A stretch of 64,000 bases of DNA from Felis catus (GCF_018350175.1 NC_058368.1:20338001-20402000), one strand, 5' to 3'; numbered from the stretch's first letter, positions 24,732 through 37,349 are shown. Notes: generated by a model from the letters alone, not told the origin. Made by a program: numbers and translations.

Positions 24732-25074
24732 GCAAACGAAAAGTTTTGAGAAATGTAGCTCTAAAAACAAGTCTTTACGACCTATCCTTATAGAGCCTTG
24801 GCAAGCTAATGTGCATTATGACTTTTCCTCCTTGTTTGATCACAGAAAGCTTTCTTCATCTTTAAAATCTTTTAATTTCTCTTTTCAAAAATTGTAATTA
24901 CATTTTAATTAACATTTCTTTCTTTCTTTTTTTATTTAAAATTTTAACTTTAATTGTATTTTGCAACCAAGACTAATGGAACAAGCTTTAGGAAATACTG
25001 AGTTGACTTTTACTTTTTGTCCTCAAGTTTTATGCGAGGAGGTCATGAGAAAAGCTTACTAAACGTGCATTTCT

Positions 25075-25637
25075 TTTTTTTTTTTTACTATTTTCTTTTT
25101 TTCTTACTTTTTAAAATTTAACCATGTTTGTTTGTTTGTTTTAATTTATATCCAAGTTGGTTAGCATATAGTGCAACAATGATTTCAGGAGTAGATTCCT
25201 TAATGCCCCTTACCCATTTAGCCCATTCCCCCCTCCCACAACCCCTCCAGCAACCCTCTGTTTGTTCTCTCTATATAGGAGTCTCTTATGTTTTGTCCCC
25301 CTCCCTGTTTTTATATTATTTTTGCTTCCCTTCCCTTAGGTTCATCTGTTTTGTATCTTTTTTTTTTTTTAACGTTTATTTATTTTTGAGACAGAGAGAG
25401 ACAGAGCATGAACGGGGGAGGGGCAGAGAGAGAGGGAGACACAGAATCTGAAACAGGCTCCAGGCTCTGAGCGGTCAGCACAGAGCCCCGATGCGGGGCC
25501 CGAACTCACGGACCGTGAGATCATGACCTGAGCTGAAGTCGGACGCTTAACCGACTGAGCCACCCAGGCGCCCCTGTTTTGTATCTTAAAGTCCTCATAT
25601 GAGTGAAGTCATATGATATTTGTCTTTCTCTAATTCG
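25075..25637 (-). mobile_element. L1 3' end containing a SINE
   Basis: L1 3'UTR antisense, TSD ctaaacgtgcatttct/ctaaatgtgcatttct. Confidence 0.88.
25360..25574 (-). mobile_element. Young Can-SINE
   Basis: Perfect 13-bp TSD tgttttgtatctt. Confidence 0.93.
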
Positions 25638-26759
25638 CTAAATGTGCATTTCTGTATCCTTTGCAAAACGATAGTAAGCACATTATCAGTTAAGTTAGTC
25701 AATGTGCCTTATATAAAGAACTTTGTGACAAATTTCCTCTACAAATCAATACGAGGAAAAATAAATTGCTTCTCTGGATGAACTGGGGCAGTTAAAAATA
25801 CCGATGTGTGAATCAAGGATGAATCACAGCATTGTAGATCTAAAAATGACCTGAAGTTAACCTTGTCAATCCCACTACTTTTACAGAGGAGAACACAGTC
25901 CCAGAGATGTTAAAGAACCTGCTGATGTCCTGGGCTCCTCAGCAGCAATCTCTCCGCCCAGCCAGTCCTCGGGTCATGCCCAGTGGGGACATGCTAGGAG
26001 ATGTTTCTTCACCATACAGACCTCCCAGGAGTCTTTGGCAGTGACTCTTCTTCTCAACCACAGTAACCAATTTATCCTAACCTCCTGATAACATCTACTA
26101 TACTTTCTTAAAATTATTGTTTTTCTTCCTGTTTTTAAAGAGTATGCTTTACTTGGCTTTTAGTTAACAGCTCCAGATACTCTTAGAAAGCATAATCATA
26201 ACTATGTTAATTAAAAAAATGAGTGCATAGAGAAATTTACAAATTTCACGTGTCCAGAACCCAGAAAGTAATTTCCTGTATAAACCATGTTAAACACGAT
26301 GGTTAGTTTCTACCACCAAAATCCTGAATCCGTAATGGAGTTGAAGTTTATCCACCTGTTCCCCCTTGGGCTGGTCCATTATTGCCCTATGAAGGGTTGC
26401 ATGGTAAACCTTTATTCCCGCCTGTTAGGACTGAGACTTGTGAAGCAGCAGTGAGCACAACAGTGCCCTCTATGGGTCACACGCAGCAGGGCAAGCTGAG
26501 ATCTGTTCTTTCCTGCGGACCCTCCTTCACTTACATGGTTTTAAAGGCATGTTATTAATTTGTATAAAATAATCTGTTCTCCTATAAACCACCATTATAA
26601 CCCATAGTGTTTTGGTTTGGTATTTAAATGATATTTTTGGAGTGAAATAGTCTTTAGGGTTCTGACTACTGTACCCAGGGGCTGGTTATGTTAACCTAAA
26701 ATATAGTCGTTACCCAGAAAAAAAAAAAAGAAAACTTTAGAAAGTAGCAGAAGAAGTAT

Positions 26760-27120
26760 ACAGTAAGAAAATCTCAACCTACATTAAATCAGACCAAAAA
26801 AGAGTGGAGAGAATGAGGAAGAAGCTCTACTTCTTGAGACAGTGACTATTTTCTATGGAAGGATGCCAATCACATATTTAAGGATTGTATGACTCCCAAG
26901 AAGGAAAGTTAAAAGGATGCCACACCTAATACAGCCCTACTTTCACTGGGGACCCAGAGCCAAGAAATACTGACAGAAAACTAAAGACGAAGAGGCTATC
27001 TTAAAAGCGATTAAAGAAAAAAGACATATTACTTTTAAAGAATTGATGGCAATACTTTTCGTGAGCAATAAAAGAAGTCAGAAAGCAGTGAACTTACTTC
27101 CTCAATGAATTAAGAAAGTC
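26760..27120 (+). mobile_element. Old L1 ORF1 (or HAL1) relic
   Basis: ccacacctaatac...agaaaactaaagacgaagaggctatcttaaaagcgattaaagaaaaaagacatattac resembles the ORF1 segment TPRHIIVK...KDKEKILKAAREK. Confidence 0.65.
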
Positions 27121-27178
27121 TAGATGTCTTTATCTAGCTAAAATACCCATAAAGTAGGAGTCTCAATAAAGATATAAT

Positions 27179-27181
<3 letters not shown>

Positions 27182-27224
<43 letters not shown>
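27182..27224. repeat. (CA)n microsatellite
   Basis: Direct inspection. Confidence 0.95.
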
Positions 27225-27226
<2 letters not shown>

Positions 27227-27229
27227 TGA

Positions 27230-27471
27230 GTTTTTTACTATCAGCCTTACAGATAACATAAACAGTAGATTAATACATATTTTGTATGTTATATGTATTA
27301 TATGCTGTATTCTTACAATAAAGTGAGACAGAGAAAAGATAATTTTCTTTTTACTAAGAAAATCATGAGGCAAAAATACATTTACAATGCTGTGCTGTAT
27401 TTATTGGAAAAAAATCTGTGTGTAAGTGGGCTCACACAGTTCAAATCCATGTTGCTCAAGGGTCAACCATA
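27230..27471 (+). mobile_element. Tigger2-like (TcMar) DNA transposon 3' end
   Basis: tgtattcttacaataaagt...gtaagtgggctcacacagttcaaatccatgttgctcaagggtcaac. Confidence 0.75.
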
Positions 27472-28864
27472 TTATATCTGTTTTCTTTTAGTGGTTACAC
27501 TAGAAATTACAGCATGCATTGTTACCTTACCAAGGTCTAATGTTAAATACTTTTCGTCTCCTTTTGGCTAATATAAGGACATTGGAATACTTTAAGTACA
27601 TTCACACCCTTTCTGATTTACACACTATTTTCGTTGGGTGAGGAGGGTGGAGGCCTCTTTGGGAAGGTCTGGACTTTGGAGAACAGTAATTATTATACCA
27701 TATGGGATGTGACCTTTCTGCATGATTTCACAAAATCTTTAGCAATGACCTCAGAAATCCTGACATTCTTAGGTCATTCGATTTCCTATGGAAACCGCAG
27801 TAAGGCTGAGTTCATGTTCTGACTGATTTCACCTGATTCAGGGTCAATAGGCATGGACGAAGGAATACAAGTCTGACCGATAAACGATTTTTGATAAGAA
27901 AGTGGGAAGTTGGCCTTCAGGGTGTCAGAGGTGGACAATGCCTGTTGATGGCCTCGTCCAGGGTCTAGTCATGGGAGAGGTTATTGAAAGGGTGTGGCAG
28001 AAGTTTCTGGAAGTGAGGAAGCAAAGACACAGAGGCAGAATTCATTCATAACAACCCTCATATTTTGATTATCATTGCTTACTCCGTATGGCTTTCATTA
28101 TAACGAGCCAATCACTTTTGGGTGTATGTCTTCAATCTACTGCCTCTATATGACATCAAAATATCCAGATGAAAAGTGAAAAGTTGAGGACCACTCAGAA
28201 GGTGGTTTGAGTAACACCGAGCATGCAGCAGTGGGAAGAGAAAATGTCACAGTGATTGATGAATCACCTTTATCCAGACATTTTGAAGTCAAGTAGGAAC
28301 AGCCAGAAAATGGATATTGACAATTTCCTAGAGATGAAATTGGGTACTTGGAATAGGTCGTTGCATCTAGCCTGAGAGCCTACAGAAAATGGGGTCTCCA
28401 TATTACCCAAAATTAAAGTTGGTCAGTAAGATGAAAGGCAAGAGCCTGGGAAGTCTGTCAAAGGAACGATTTTGAAAATTTGTAGCAGAGGATGAAAGAC
28501 AATGCCACGAAGAAGATAAAACAGCCTTGGAAGTAAAACCTACATGGGAAGCAAAGGTCAAGAAATACAAGAAGATAAAGCTCAGGACGCTTTCGTGGTC
28601 CAGGCCTACAGGGAATATACTTCTGAGAATAAATGGAATGAGACATTAAAGAGGACCTTTACAAAGTTTAAAGCCTATTCTTCCTGTGGTCTAAGATCGG
28701 ATTTAAATTTTGTTGGAGCAAGGTACAGATGAAGAATAAATCAAATTGGAGGGCACTACATAATATTCTTAATTAAGTAGAAGTCAGAATTTTTGACGAT
28801 AGGAATGGAGCGGTGAGGGAGCAGTTCTGTTGACCATGATCTGTAGACGCTATTTGACACTGAT

Positions 28865-29003
28865 GTGCAAAGAATCACATGGGGATTTTTGTTGCAGATT
28901 CTGATTCAGCATGGCTGTCGTGGAGCCAGAGATTCTATATTTCTAAAAAGCTCTCCGGTGATGCTAGTGCAGCTTGTCCCTGGACCACACTGTGAGTGAC
29001 AGG
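28865..29003. mobile_element. MER5A-like hAT-Charlie MITE
   Basis: gaatcacatgggg...gcagattctgattcag...tttctaaaaagctctccggtgatgct...ggaccacact. Confidence 0.7.
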
Positions 29004-29510
29004 CTGTAGAGTAGAGGCTTGCACACCTGGATTCCAAAGAAAGCTCCCCAGGTAGTACTGATATGCAGCGGGAGTTTGGAACTAAACCAATTGAAAACCT
29101 TGGAGATTAATTAATACAGGAACAGGAGGAATCAGGAAGGAGAATCCTAAAGCCTCTTCAAAGAAAATTATTATTTTTTCCCTAGCAGCATGCAGAAAAA
29201 AATATTGTAGATGATTGTATAAAATATCTAAGGCAGCCATCAGAAATTTGGAGAGGGGCTGGTATGTTTTTAGTAAACCATACAGTGTCTGTTTGGAAGA
29301 TGTTAAAGGCCCGGAGTGGATAAAAAAGGAGAGATGGAATGAGTGAATCTGTAGACACGTTTACACTTTTGAAAGTCTTTAATTATACTTTTAATCTTTT
29401 GGATAATAAATGTGGCCGGTAACTCCTTGTGTTTAAAGAGCCAGGAATGGAGACAGAGAAGGAGAGAGAGAGAGTATCTGAGCTGATGTATGAGCATGCA
29501 TGTAGTGAAA

Positions 29511-29513
<3 letters not shown>

Positions 29514-29553
<40 letters not shown>
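29514..29553. repeat. (TG)n microsatellite
   Basis: Direct inspection. Confidence 0.95.
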
Positions 29554-29554
<1 letters not shown>

Positions 29555-30194
29555 ATTTAGTCAGAGAAGCCCTACTTTCACTGGGAACCCAGAGCCAAGA
29601 AATACTGACATCCTGCATGAGTGCTATGCCTCGTGTTACATTCAGGTGGTGAAAATATAATGCTCTTCACACATCTACTCTCGTCCAACTTTACCAGACT
29701 CTTATAATTTCTGTAGACTCCCTTTCCTCTTCAGGACTGAATGGGATTCAGTCTCTGCCACCTCCCATTTTGTTCCTTTTAGTAAAACGTAATTAGATGC
29801 AAATATAAATCACAACTATTGTCAGAATTCAAATGGGTTCTGATGAGAATTAATATTTTCCATTCATAGAAGTACTAATTCAGAACACACAATAAGGCAA
29901 AAATTCAAAATTAGGCAGAAACCACTCATTTCTCAAGCAGAAATAGCTATATTCTAGTCATCTTATAGAGATTAGAATTTTGCAATGGAGATATCAGGGC
30001 TTTATGCTATAAATGATGTCTTATCCTCTTTCCCAAATCTTACCCTTCATGATAACAATTGAATAAATGAATATGTGACAGAATTAATTGAATGCTATTA
30101 TCTTCACTTTAGAGTTTTAATTTCAGATCTTGTCTCATTAACACAATTATCTAGGAGAGCATTATGTCAAACGAACACACAACTGTGATGTACT

Positions 30195-30720
30195 GTATAT
30201 ATTAATCAGAATTCTTGGTTTGCAAGCGACAAACTCAACTCATACTGATTCAGATCAAAGGAAAATGAATGTATTGGTTCATGTAACTGTATAACTGAAG
30301 TGCACTTGAGGGACATTTGGACCCAAAGAGTTGATTATTCAATCTTTTTCTCCGTCTTCTTCTTCCGTTTCCTTTCAGTGTTGGCCTTATTCTTCCCATA
30401 GCAGACAGCTTTTTCCAATCAAGGAAGCTGTCTCAAAGCAGCTTGAATTTATAGATTTTAGGACTCAAGTTCCCAGAACAAGAAAAAGAAACTTTTGCCG
30501 TATCCGCGGCAGAAAAATCCTTGGGAAGACTATGCTTCAGCCTGGCTTACACGTCTTGTCTCTGAGACCATCATGATGGCCATAGAGCCGGAGCCTTCTG
30601 ATTGTCCTCGCTTGAGTCACGTGCCCATCCCTGGCACTAAAGTGTGGTCAGCATGGTCCCCACCTTGACAATTTTGATTGTAAGGAGAACGTTTCTCCTG
30701 AAGGAAGGAGTGATAGGCAG
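30195..30720 (-). mobile_element. Old MaLR LTR (MLT1J/K-like)
   Basis: attaatcagaattcttggtttgcaagcgacaaactcaactc, tattggttcatgtaactg, ttgagtcacgtgcccatccctgg. Confidence 0.6.
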
Positions 30721-31017
30721 GTTGATGATGTATTTCTACGCCATTATAAGCCTCGCTTGAACGGTAGGTAAGCTGAGACTCATGCGGGGGCTGCCAAGAA
30801 CAGGAAGACAAGTACCTGGAAGGGGCTCAGGGAAGGTTAAAGGACAAGACATAGAAATAACAGAGGAGTCTCAAATTAACTATTAGTCATAGTAAGATTT
30901 CTATTGACAGCAGACTTCGGAAAAGCTATCAAGGCTGTAATGACCGTAATAGAAGAAAAACGTTGTCTGGCTACAGTGGGCCTTCTTAGGAGACCTAACA
31001 AGCATAAAAGCATGTAT

Positions 31018-31210
31018 TATTATTTTTTTAAATCTTTGTTTACTTATTTAGAGGGAGAGAGAGAGAGCTGAGGAGGGGCAGAGAGAGAGGGAGAGAGAGA
31101 ATCCTAAGCAGGCCCCCCTGCAGAGGAGGGCTCGATCTCATGAACTGTGAGATCATGACTAGAACCAAAATCGAGTCAGATGTTAATGAACTGAGCCACC
31201 CAGGTGCCCC
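31018..31210 (-). mobile_element. Can-SINE
   Basis: TSD taaaagcatgtat. Confidence 0.9.
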
Positions 31211-31559
31211 TAAAAGCATGTATCAGTGAATGCAGGAATAGTTCACAATGATGTGTGTTATGAGATCTAAAATTAACCTCTGATATCTTTAAAGCATATT
31301 ATCATGATTGTGTGTTTTGTCCAGAGCTCAGCTGAGCCGAAGGGTGTCAGAGTAGCCGACTAAAGCCACAAACACAAAAGCAACAGGGAAGCCTTTAATC
31401 GCTTATTGTGACAGCGTGAGCAAGAGGCCTAACTCAGGAAAACTCCAGCTCCCTTTGTTCCGCTTTCCCATGGAGTGATGCTCCTGGCAAGGTTCAAGTG
31501 GATCGAGCAGACATGGGGATCGTCTCACTGTTGAGGGAGGGAACACAGGCTCTTGCAGT

Positions 31560-31745
31560 GAAAAAAAAAAAATTTTTTTAAATGTTTATTTATTTTTGAA
31601 AGAGAGAGAGAGACACAGCACGAACAGGAGAGGGGCAGAGAGAGAGAGGGAGATGCAGAATCTGGAGCAGGCTACAGGCTCCGAGCTGTCAGCACAGAGC
31701 CCGACATGGGGCTTGAACTCACAGACTTCGAGATCACGACGTGCA
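31560..31745 (-). mobile_element. 5'-truncated Can-SINE
   Basis: TSD aggctcttgcagt, head missing after agatcacgac. Confidence 0.88.
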
Positions 31746-32069
31746 AGGCTCTTGCAGTTTAATGGCTCCTTTGGTTTTATGGATCATATATAAACGTGAC
31801 CTGTCTCGTGTTTAATCTAGGGGCTGGAAGGAGGGAAGGAGGGAGGGCTAGAAGTGGAAAGATGTCTTCAAGGTTTCCAATAAGGAGACCTCCAAATCAA
31901 GGTGCCAGGGCTAGGAATGCAGGTTTGTTAAAGAGCGTGGTCAGCCTTAACTGTAGCTTTCAGGGCAGCTGGCAATGCGCTGTGTGGGCGAGGCACTTCC
32001 TTCCAAGAGGCCTGCCAGGTAAAGCCTTTATAACTGCTTGTGGCCGGGCCTGAAAAATCACACAGAGCT

Positions 32070-32494
32070 TTTAAACTTTTTTTAAAGTTTGTTTGTTTGA
32101 AGAGTGTGTGTGTCAATGGAGTACTACGTGGCAATGAGAAAGAATGAAATATGGCCCTTTGTAGCAACGTGGATGGAACTGGAGAGTGTGATGCTAAGTG
32201 AAATAAGCCATAGAGAGAAAGACAGATACCATATGTTTTCACTCTTATGTGGATCCTGAGAAACTTAACAGAAACCCATGGGGGAGGGGAAGGGGGGAAA
32301 AAAAAAGAGGTTAGAGTGGGAGAGAGCCAAAGCATAAGAGACTCTTAAAAACTGAGAACAAACTGAGGGTTGATGGGGAGTGGGAGGGAGGGGAGGGTGG
32401 GTGATGGGTATGGAGGAGGGCACCTTTTGGGATGAGCACTGGGTGTTGTATGGAAACCAATTTGACAATAAATTTCATATATTGAAACAAAAAG

Positions 32495-32564
<70 letters not shown>

Positions 32565-32726
32565 GGCACAAGCAGGGGAGGGGCAGAGAGAGAGAGTGGG
32601 GAAAGAGAGAAAATCCCAAACAGGCTCTACAGTGTCAGCATGGAGCCTGACAAGGGGCTCAATCTCACCAACCTGAGCTGAAATCAAGAGTTGGATGCTT
32701 CACCTACTGAGCCACCCAGGAGCCCC
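32070..32726 (-). mobile_element. Can-SINE split by an L1
   Basis: Tail 32070-32113, body 32491-32726, TSD aatcacacagag/aatcacatatag. Confidence 0.85.
32114..32490 (+). mobile_element. Young felid L1 3' end
   Basis: caatggagtactacgtggcaatgagaaagaatgaaatatggccc...gacaataaatttcatatattgaaa, TSD aagagtgtgtgtgt/aaaagtgtgtgtgt. Confidence 0.92.
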
Positions 32727-33100
32727 AATCACATATAGGTGTTTAGCCAGGAGCCCAACTCCTCAAATCTGTTTCTATTAGCTCATATCAAGGGTAGAGT
32801 TTTGGTAGCATTTTAACATAAGATGACACAACATAAAAGATGTATTTTTTCCCATGGCTCATTCTTATCATGGTAGGGAAATGAAGTAGGAATTGACAAT
32901 AAATGGGGTATTGTTATTTCTATAGCTCCTGGTCCCAGGGGGGTTTTGTGCTCCACAGAATAACAAGAATTCAAAGACCTGCAGGATTAAAAGGACCTAT
33001 AGATTTCATTTTACACTAACTTTTGATACTTATCCATTATTCATCCCCAAGTGGTCATCCTGCCTATGATTACATTCCAGTGACAAGAATCTTGTACTTT

Positions 33101-33310
33101 AAAAAAAATGTTTATTTGTCTATCTAGAGAGAGAGCACCAGCATGTACAATCAAGGGGAGGGGCAGAGAGAGAGAGGAGAGAGAGAATCCCAAGCAGGCT
33201 CTCTGCTCACAGCACAGAGCCCCACATGGGGCTTGATCCCATGAACCGTGAGATCATGACTTGAGCCAAAGTCAAGAGTCAGACGCTTAACTGGGCTAAC
33301 GAGGTGCCCC
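33101..33310 (-). mobile_element. Can-SINE
   Basis: TSD aagaatcttgtacttt/aagaatcttgtatttt. Confidence 0.9.
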
Positions 33311-33976
33311 AAGAATCTTGTATTTTTAAGGTAAATCATAACATTTCCTCAGACTTTGATGGCCAGAAAATTCTTTATGAGACAAATTTGTCTGGCTCTT
33401 CACCCACTGATCTTGGGATCCTGTGGAACAACTATGTTCTCTTTTTCAACAGACTATTCTTCAGATGTTTGGAGATAATGGTCACCTATCTTCCAGACTA
33501 GTCTTTCCAGAGCAAACATCCTTCGTCACTTCATCATCCTTGTACGATATGGTTTTGAGAACCTTCTCTCTGCCCGTCTCCTCTGAGCAACCTTGCCTGC
33601 CTGGGGTTCCTATAGAACCATTATAGTGCCTACAACCATTCAAACAGCATAGAGAACAGCCCCCATCTCTCTTGTTTTAGGTTTGGTAGTTCTATTAATG
33701 TAGCCAAAGACCAAGGTCCCTCTTAGGAATTGTTCTATCACCCTGTTAACACACATTGAACTTGCGAGAAAACTTCCAAGTTGTTTCATGCAAAGTTTAC
33801 ATCTCCTTTATTTCTACTTGTTCAGTTGCTTTGGGACTCAATTTTTTAGTGCAAAAAATGCAACCTAATATATTTCTCAATTTGACATTTATAATACGAT
33901 CCCTCTGTCTTAATAGCACAGTAAACAAGCAGTAAAGAATAATGGCTAACACATAGATTCTTTAAAAAAATCTATA

Positions 33977-34213
33977 GGGGCGCCTGGGTGGCGCAGTCGG
34001 TTAAACGTCCGACTTCAGCCAGGTCACGATCTCGTGGTCCGGGAGTTCGAGCCCCGCGTCAGGCTCTGGGCTGATGGCTCGGAGCCTGGAGCCTGTTTCC
34101 GATTCTGTGTCTCCCTCTCTCTCTCTGCCCCTCCCCCGTTCATGCTTTGTCTCTCTCTGTCCCAAAAATAAATAAACGTTGAAAAAAAATTTTAAATAAT
34201 AAAAAAAATAAAT
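33977..34213 (+). mobile_element. Young felid Can-SINE (SINEC_Fc type)
   Basis: Near-consensus, TSD aaatctata. Confidence 0.95.
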
Positions 34214-34229
34214 AAATCTATATATTTAA

Positions 34230-35050
34230 AAATAAACCTGATGCAAAAGAAGCTGCAAAGCAAATGTTTGCTCAATGAGTTATAAGGGAAACAATCAGGT
34301 CAAAAAATAGAACTTTGCCAGTCACGCCAGAAGCCCCTCCAATGCGGCTGATTCAAGTCTCAACACCTGTCTCCCCTAATCAGATATGACTATATAAATA
34401 TGGTAATACAAATGAATCTCGTAATTTTTTGTGTCATTTAAATATTTTCAATATACAGATACATCAGTAGACACTATTGTTTTCCCATAAAGAAGTTATG
34501 ACTAAGTCTCTCTTAATCTCTAGTTCCCCCACCCCCAACCCCCATCTCTTTACTTCTCTTAAAAGTTACCTGTTGCATTTGACCTGAAGAGTCACCTACA
34601 GTGTGGAATTTTTTGCAGCACGATCATGGTACAATTTAACGTGCTCCTTCGCCCTTTGTATTTCCTGCCAGTTGGTGGTTAGATCTAAAGTCTTGATCAG
34701 GCTCACGTTTAATCCTTCTGGCAAGACCGTAAGTGGTGGTGTGTTTGTTTTTCCTTCCAGCTTGAGATGTAATTGACACATAACATTGTATAAGTGTCAG
34801 GTGTACAATATGTTTTTCCCCATAAATTAAAAACATTTTTTATTTGAGTATAATTGACACAAAATGTTATATTAGTTTTAGGTGTACAACATAGTGATTC
34901 GACTTCTCTGTACGTTATGCTGTGCTCACCTTAAGTGTAGCTACCATCTGTCATAAGGTGCACAATGTGTTACTTGGATACACTTATAAGTTGCAAAATA
35001 ATTATCACCATAGCTTTAACTAATACCTGCTTCGTGTCCCATAATTACTA

Positions 35051-35085
<35 letters not shown>

Positions 35086-35790
35086 TGAGAGTACTTAAGA
35101 TCTACTTTGGTAGCAACTTTTAAGTATATTATAGGTTGCATTAACTGTAACAATTATCCTCTACAAAAGATCCCAAGAAAATTTTCATATTATAACTGCA
35201 GTCTTTGGGTGGCATTGTGTTCTATCATGAGGAGGCATGTTATGTGCAGTCATTTCTTTTTTGGGATGGTACAAGTTGATGATGCCCAACGCACAGATCC
35301 ATTAATATACTGGGATTTGGAGACAGTGTTCTTTCTATCACTCTTTGCAAATTATTTATTGTAGAACTCTTCATAAAGGGACATTTTGCTCATTTACAAT
35401 TTGCTTATTGAGTGACAATTCATGTAGAAAGGATGAATGTTTTTTATTTCCTTTCGTCTATTGGCTTTGAAGATGATAAATTGGTTTCCTATCATTCTTT
35501 GAAGGTAAACAACTAGATTTTTAAAATATCATTATGAGCCTGTTGGTTTAATGGACTTAATCAATTGCAGTGATCCATTTAAAACTCAAACTGTTTCTCT
35601 TTGGCTGGCAAGAGCCTCTTCAGGTTGGTCTCTAAGTATTTTTGACATGGCCCTTGTGGTCTTTGATAGTTTCCTTGCTATCTGGTATTCTAGGTGCATC
35701 TTGTTTTCATTTCCTACCCTAGACCTAGAATCAGCCATTTCCCCCCCAAAAATTCTAGGTTCTTTCTTAAGACCGTAATCTAGGTACTGT
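34230..35790 (-). mobile_element. Old L1 relic with two nested L1 3' ends (34752-35200 and 34815-34953) and a (TG)n
   Basis: Two successive antisense L1 3' termini (taattgacacataacattgta, tataattgacacaaaatgtta), inner TSD tcaggtgtacaatatgtt/taaggtgcacaatgtgtt. Confidence 0.7.
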
Positions 35791-37062
35791 GGGATAAACG
35801 ATGATGCATGAGATAACTAACTCACAAGTCAAAATGAAGACAGATCATCCAAGAGAACTCCTTTCTGTTAAAGTTTATATCAATTTCCAACCTCTGTTGG
35901 ATTCACTGAATATATAAAGGATGAACTGGAGATGGTGATTATGAGCTGAAGATTACTTCCATGTCACCAAGAAGCTACCCATTTAATATGAAATCAAAAC
36001 AAAAGTAATTACACACTTCAGAAATGTTTGTCCTTTATTCATTCATTAATTCAATGGGCATTTATTAGCCACCTACTGTGCGCCAATGGCTAGGGAGAGA
36101 GTACTAATCCTGAAAATATATCTATGAGGTGTCTGGCATGTACAAAGTAATCGAAGATATAACAGTGTTCAGAGAGAGTTTCTAGATCAAGAAGAGAAGG
36201 GATGCGAGCTTCAAAGACATCAACACTTCGAGAAGGAGCAGTGTAGGAGGAACTGACAAAGAAGACTAAAAGTCTTAGCCTGAGAGGAGGGAAGAGGAGA
36301 GCAGAGCGCCATAGAAGCCCGGTGGAGAGAATTTTCCCGGTGAGTGTCAAATTCTGCTGAGTTCAGTCAAGATGAGAATGAAAAAGTGTCTACTATATTT
36401 AGCAGTAAGATCACTGGCAGCTTTGGTTGAATGAACCTGTCTTGTGGGGAGACTCCAGCATCTAGAGTTTAACACATTTCACAGATGGTGTGAGAGCCAC
36501 TGCTCTAGCCTTTGGAGTCTGCCCAGACATTTGGTTTACTATTTCTTGGACCACCTCTTGCTATCCCCACCACAAGTGAGTCCCCTATCTGAGGCCGATT
36601 CAGGTTTCCTGATGTTATATCTGAGTCAGCATTCCAAGGTTGGCTTGGCAGGGAGTAAAAACCAGATACAGGAAGAAGTTAAGGATACACTAGGATCCAG
36701 CTACATTGACCAAGTAGACGGCGATGCCTTTTACCAAAATTCAAAAAATAGATTTAAATAAAAAAGAGTGGTCTGACAAGAACACAGAGAAGGGCTGTGG
36801 TGCTCAGAGTTTAGAAACAGGTAAATTGGAGAGTAAGTGTTTTCTAATATTTTTCCTGGGCAGAGGAAGGAAATCATGATAACTGGACGGATCTATTCTG
36901 TGAAGGCAGGATCATCCCTGTGATGAGAAGGATGATGTATTGGGCACCGATAATTTGCAACTATCATATACTTTCATATACTACACACTTTTGCTTGTAT
37001 TCTACGTTTACCAAGTAATATTCTAATGGTTTAATTTACTTTTTTATAATTAAAGCAACATT

Positions 37063-37231
37063 GGGGCACCTGGGTGGCTCAGTCAGTTAAGCATCCAAAT
37101 CTTGACTTTGGCTCAGGTCACAATCTCACGGGTTCATGAGTTTGAGCCCTGCATCAGGCTCTGCACTGACAGGGGCTCTCTTTGTCCTGCCTCCTTCAAA
37201 AATAAATAAATAAGTAAATACTTAAAAAAAA
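37063..37231 (+). mobile_element. Can-SINE (internally shortened)
   Basis: TSD aaagcaacatt/aaggcaacatt. Confidence 0.88.
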
Positions 37232-37349
37232 AAGGCAACATTTTCTCATGCTAGAGAACTTGAAAAATAGGAAAAAGTATAGGGAAAAGAAAACAAAACA
37301 CCATGTAGCACATAACCCAAATAAAATGGTAGTATATTATTTTTGAGTG

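Larger units (their letters stand above)
31305..32785 (-). mobile_element. Solo LTR (class III/ERVL-like, MER74/MER54-type) with nested SINEs and L1
   Basis: TG...CA ends, 5-bp TSD tatca (31300-31304 / 32786-32790), ATTAAA on minus strand near 31395, about 610 bp once inserts are removed. Confidence 0.65.

Noticed and set aside
27630..28740. Possible CR1/L3 LINE relic (similar signal at ~33320-33800)
   Set aside because: Too degraded to call or bound reliably by eye.
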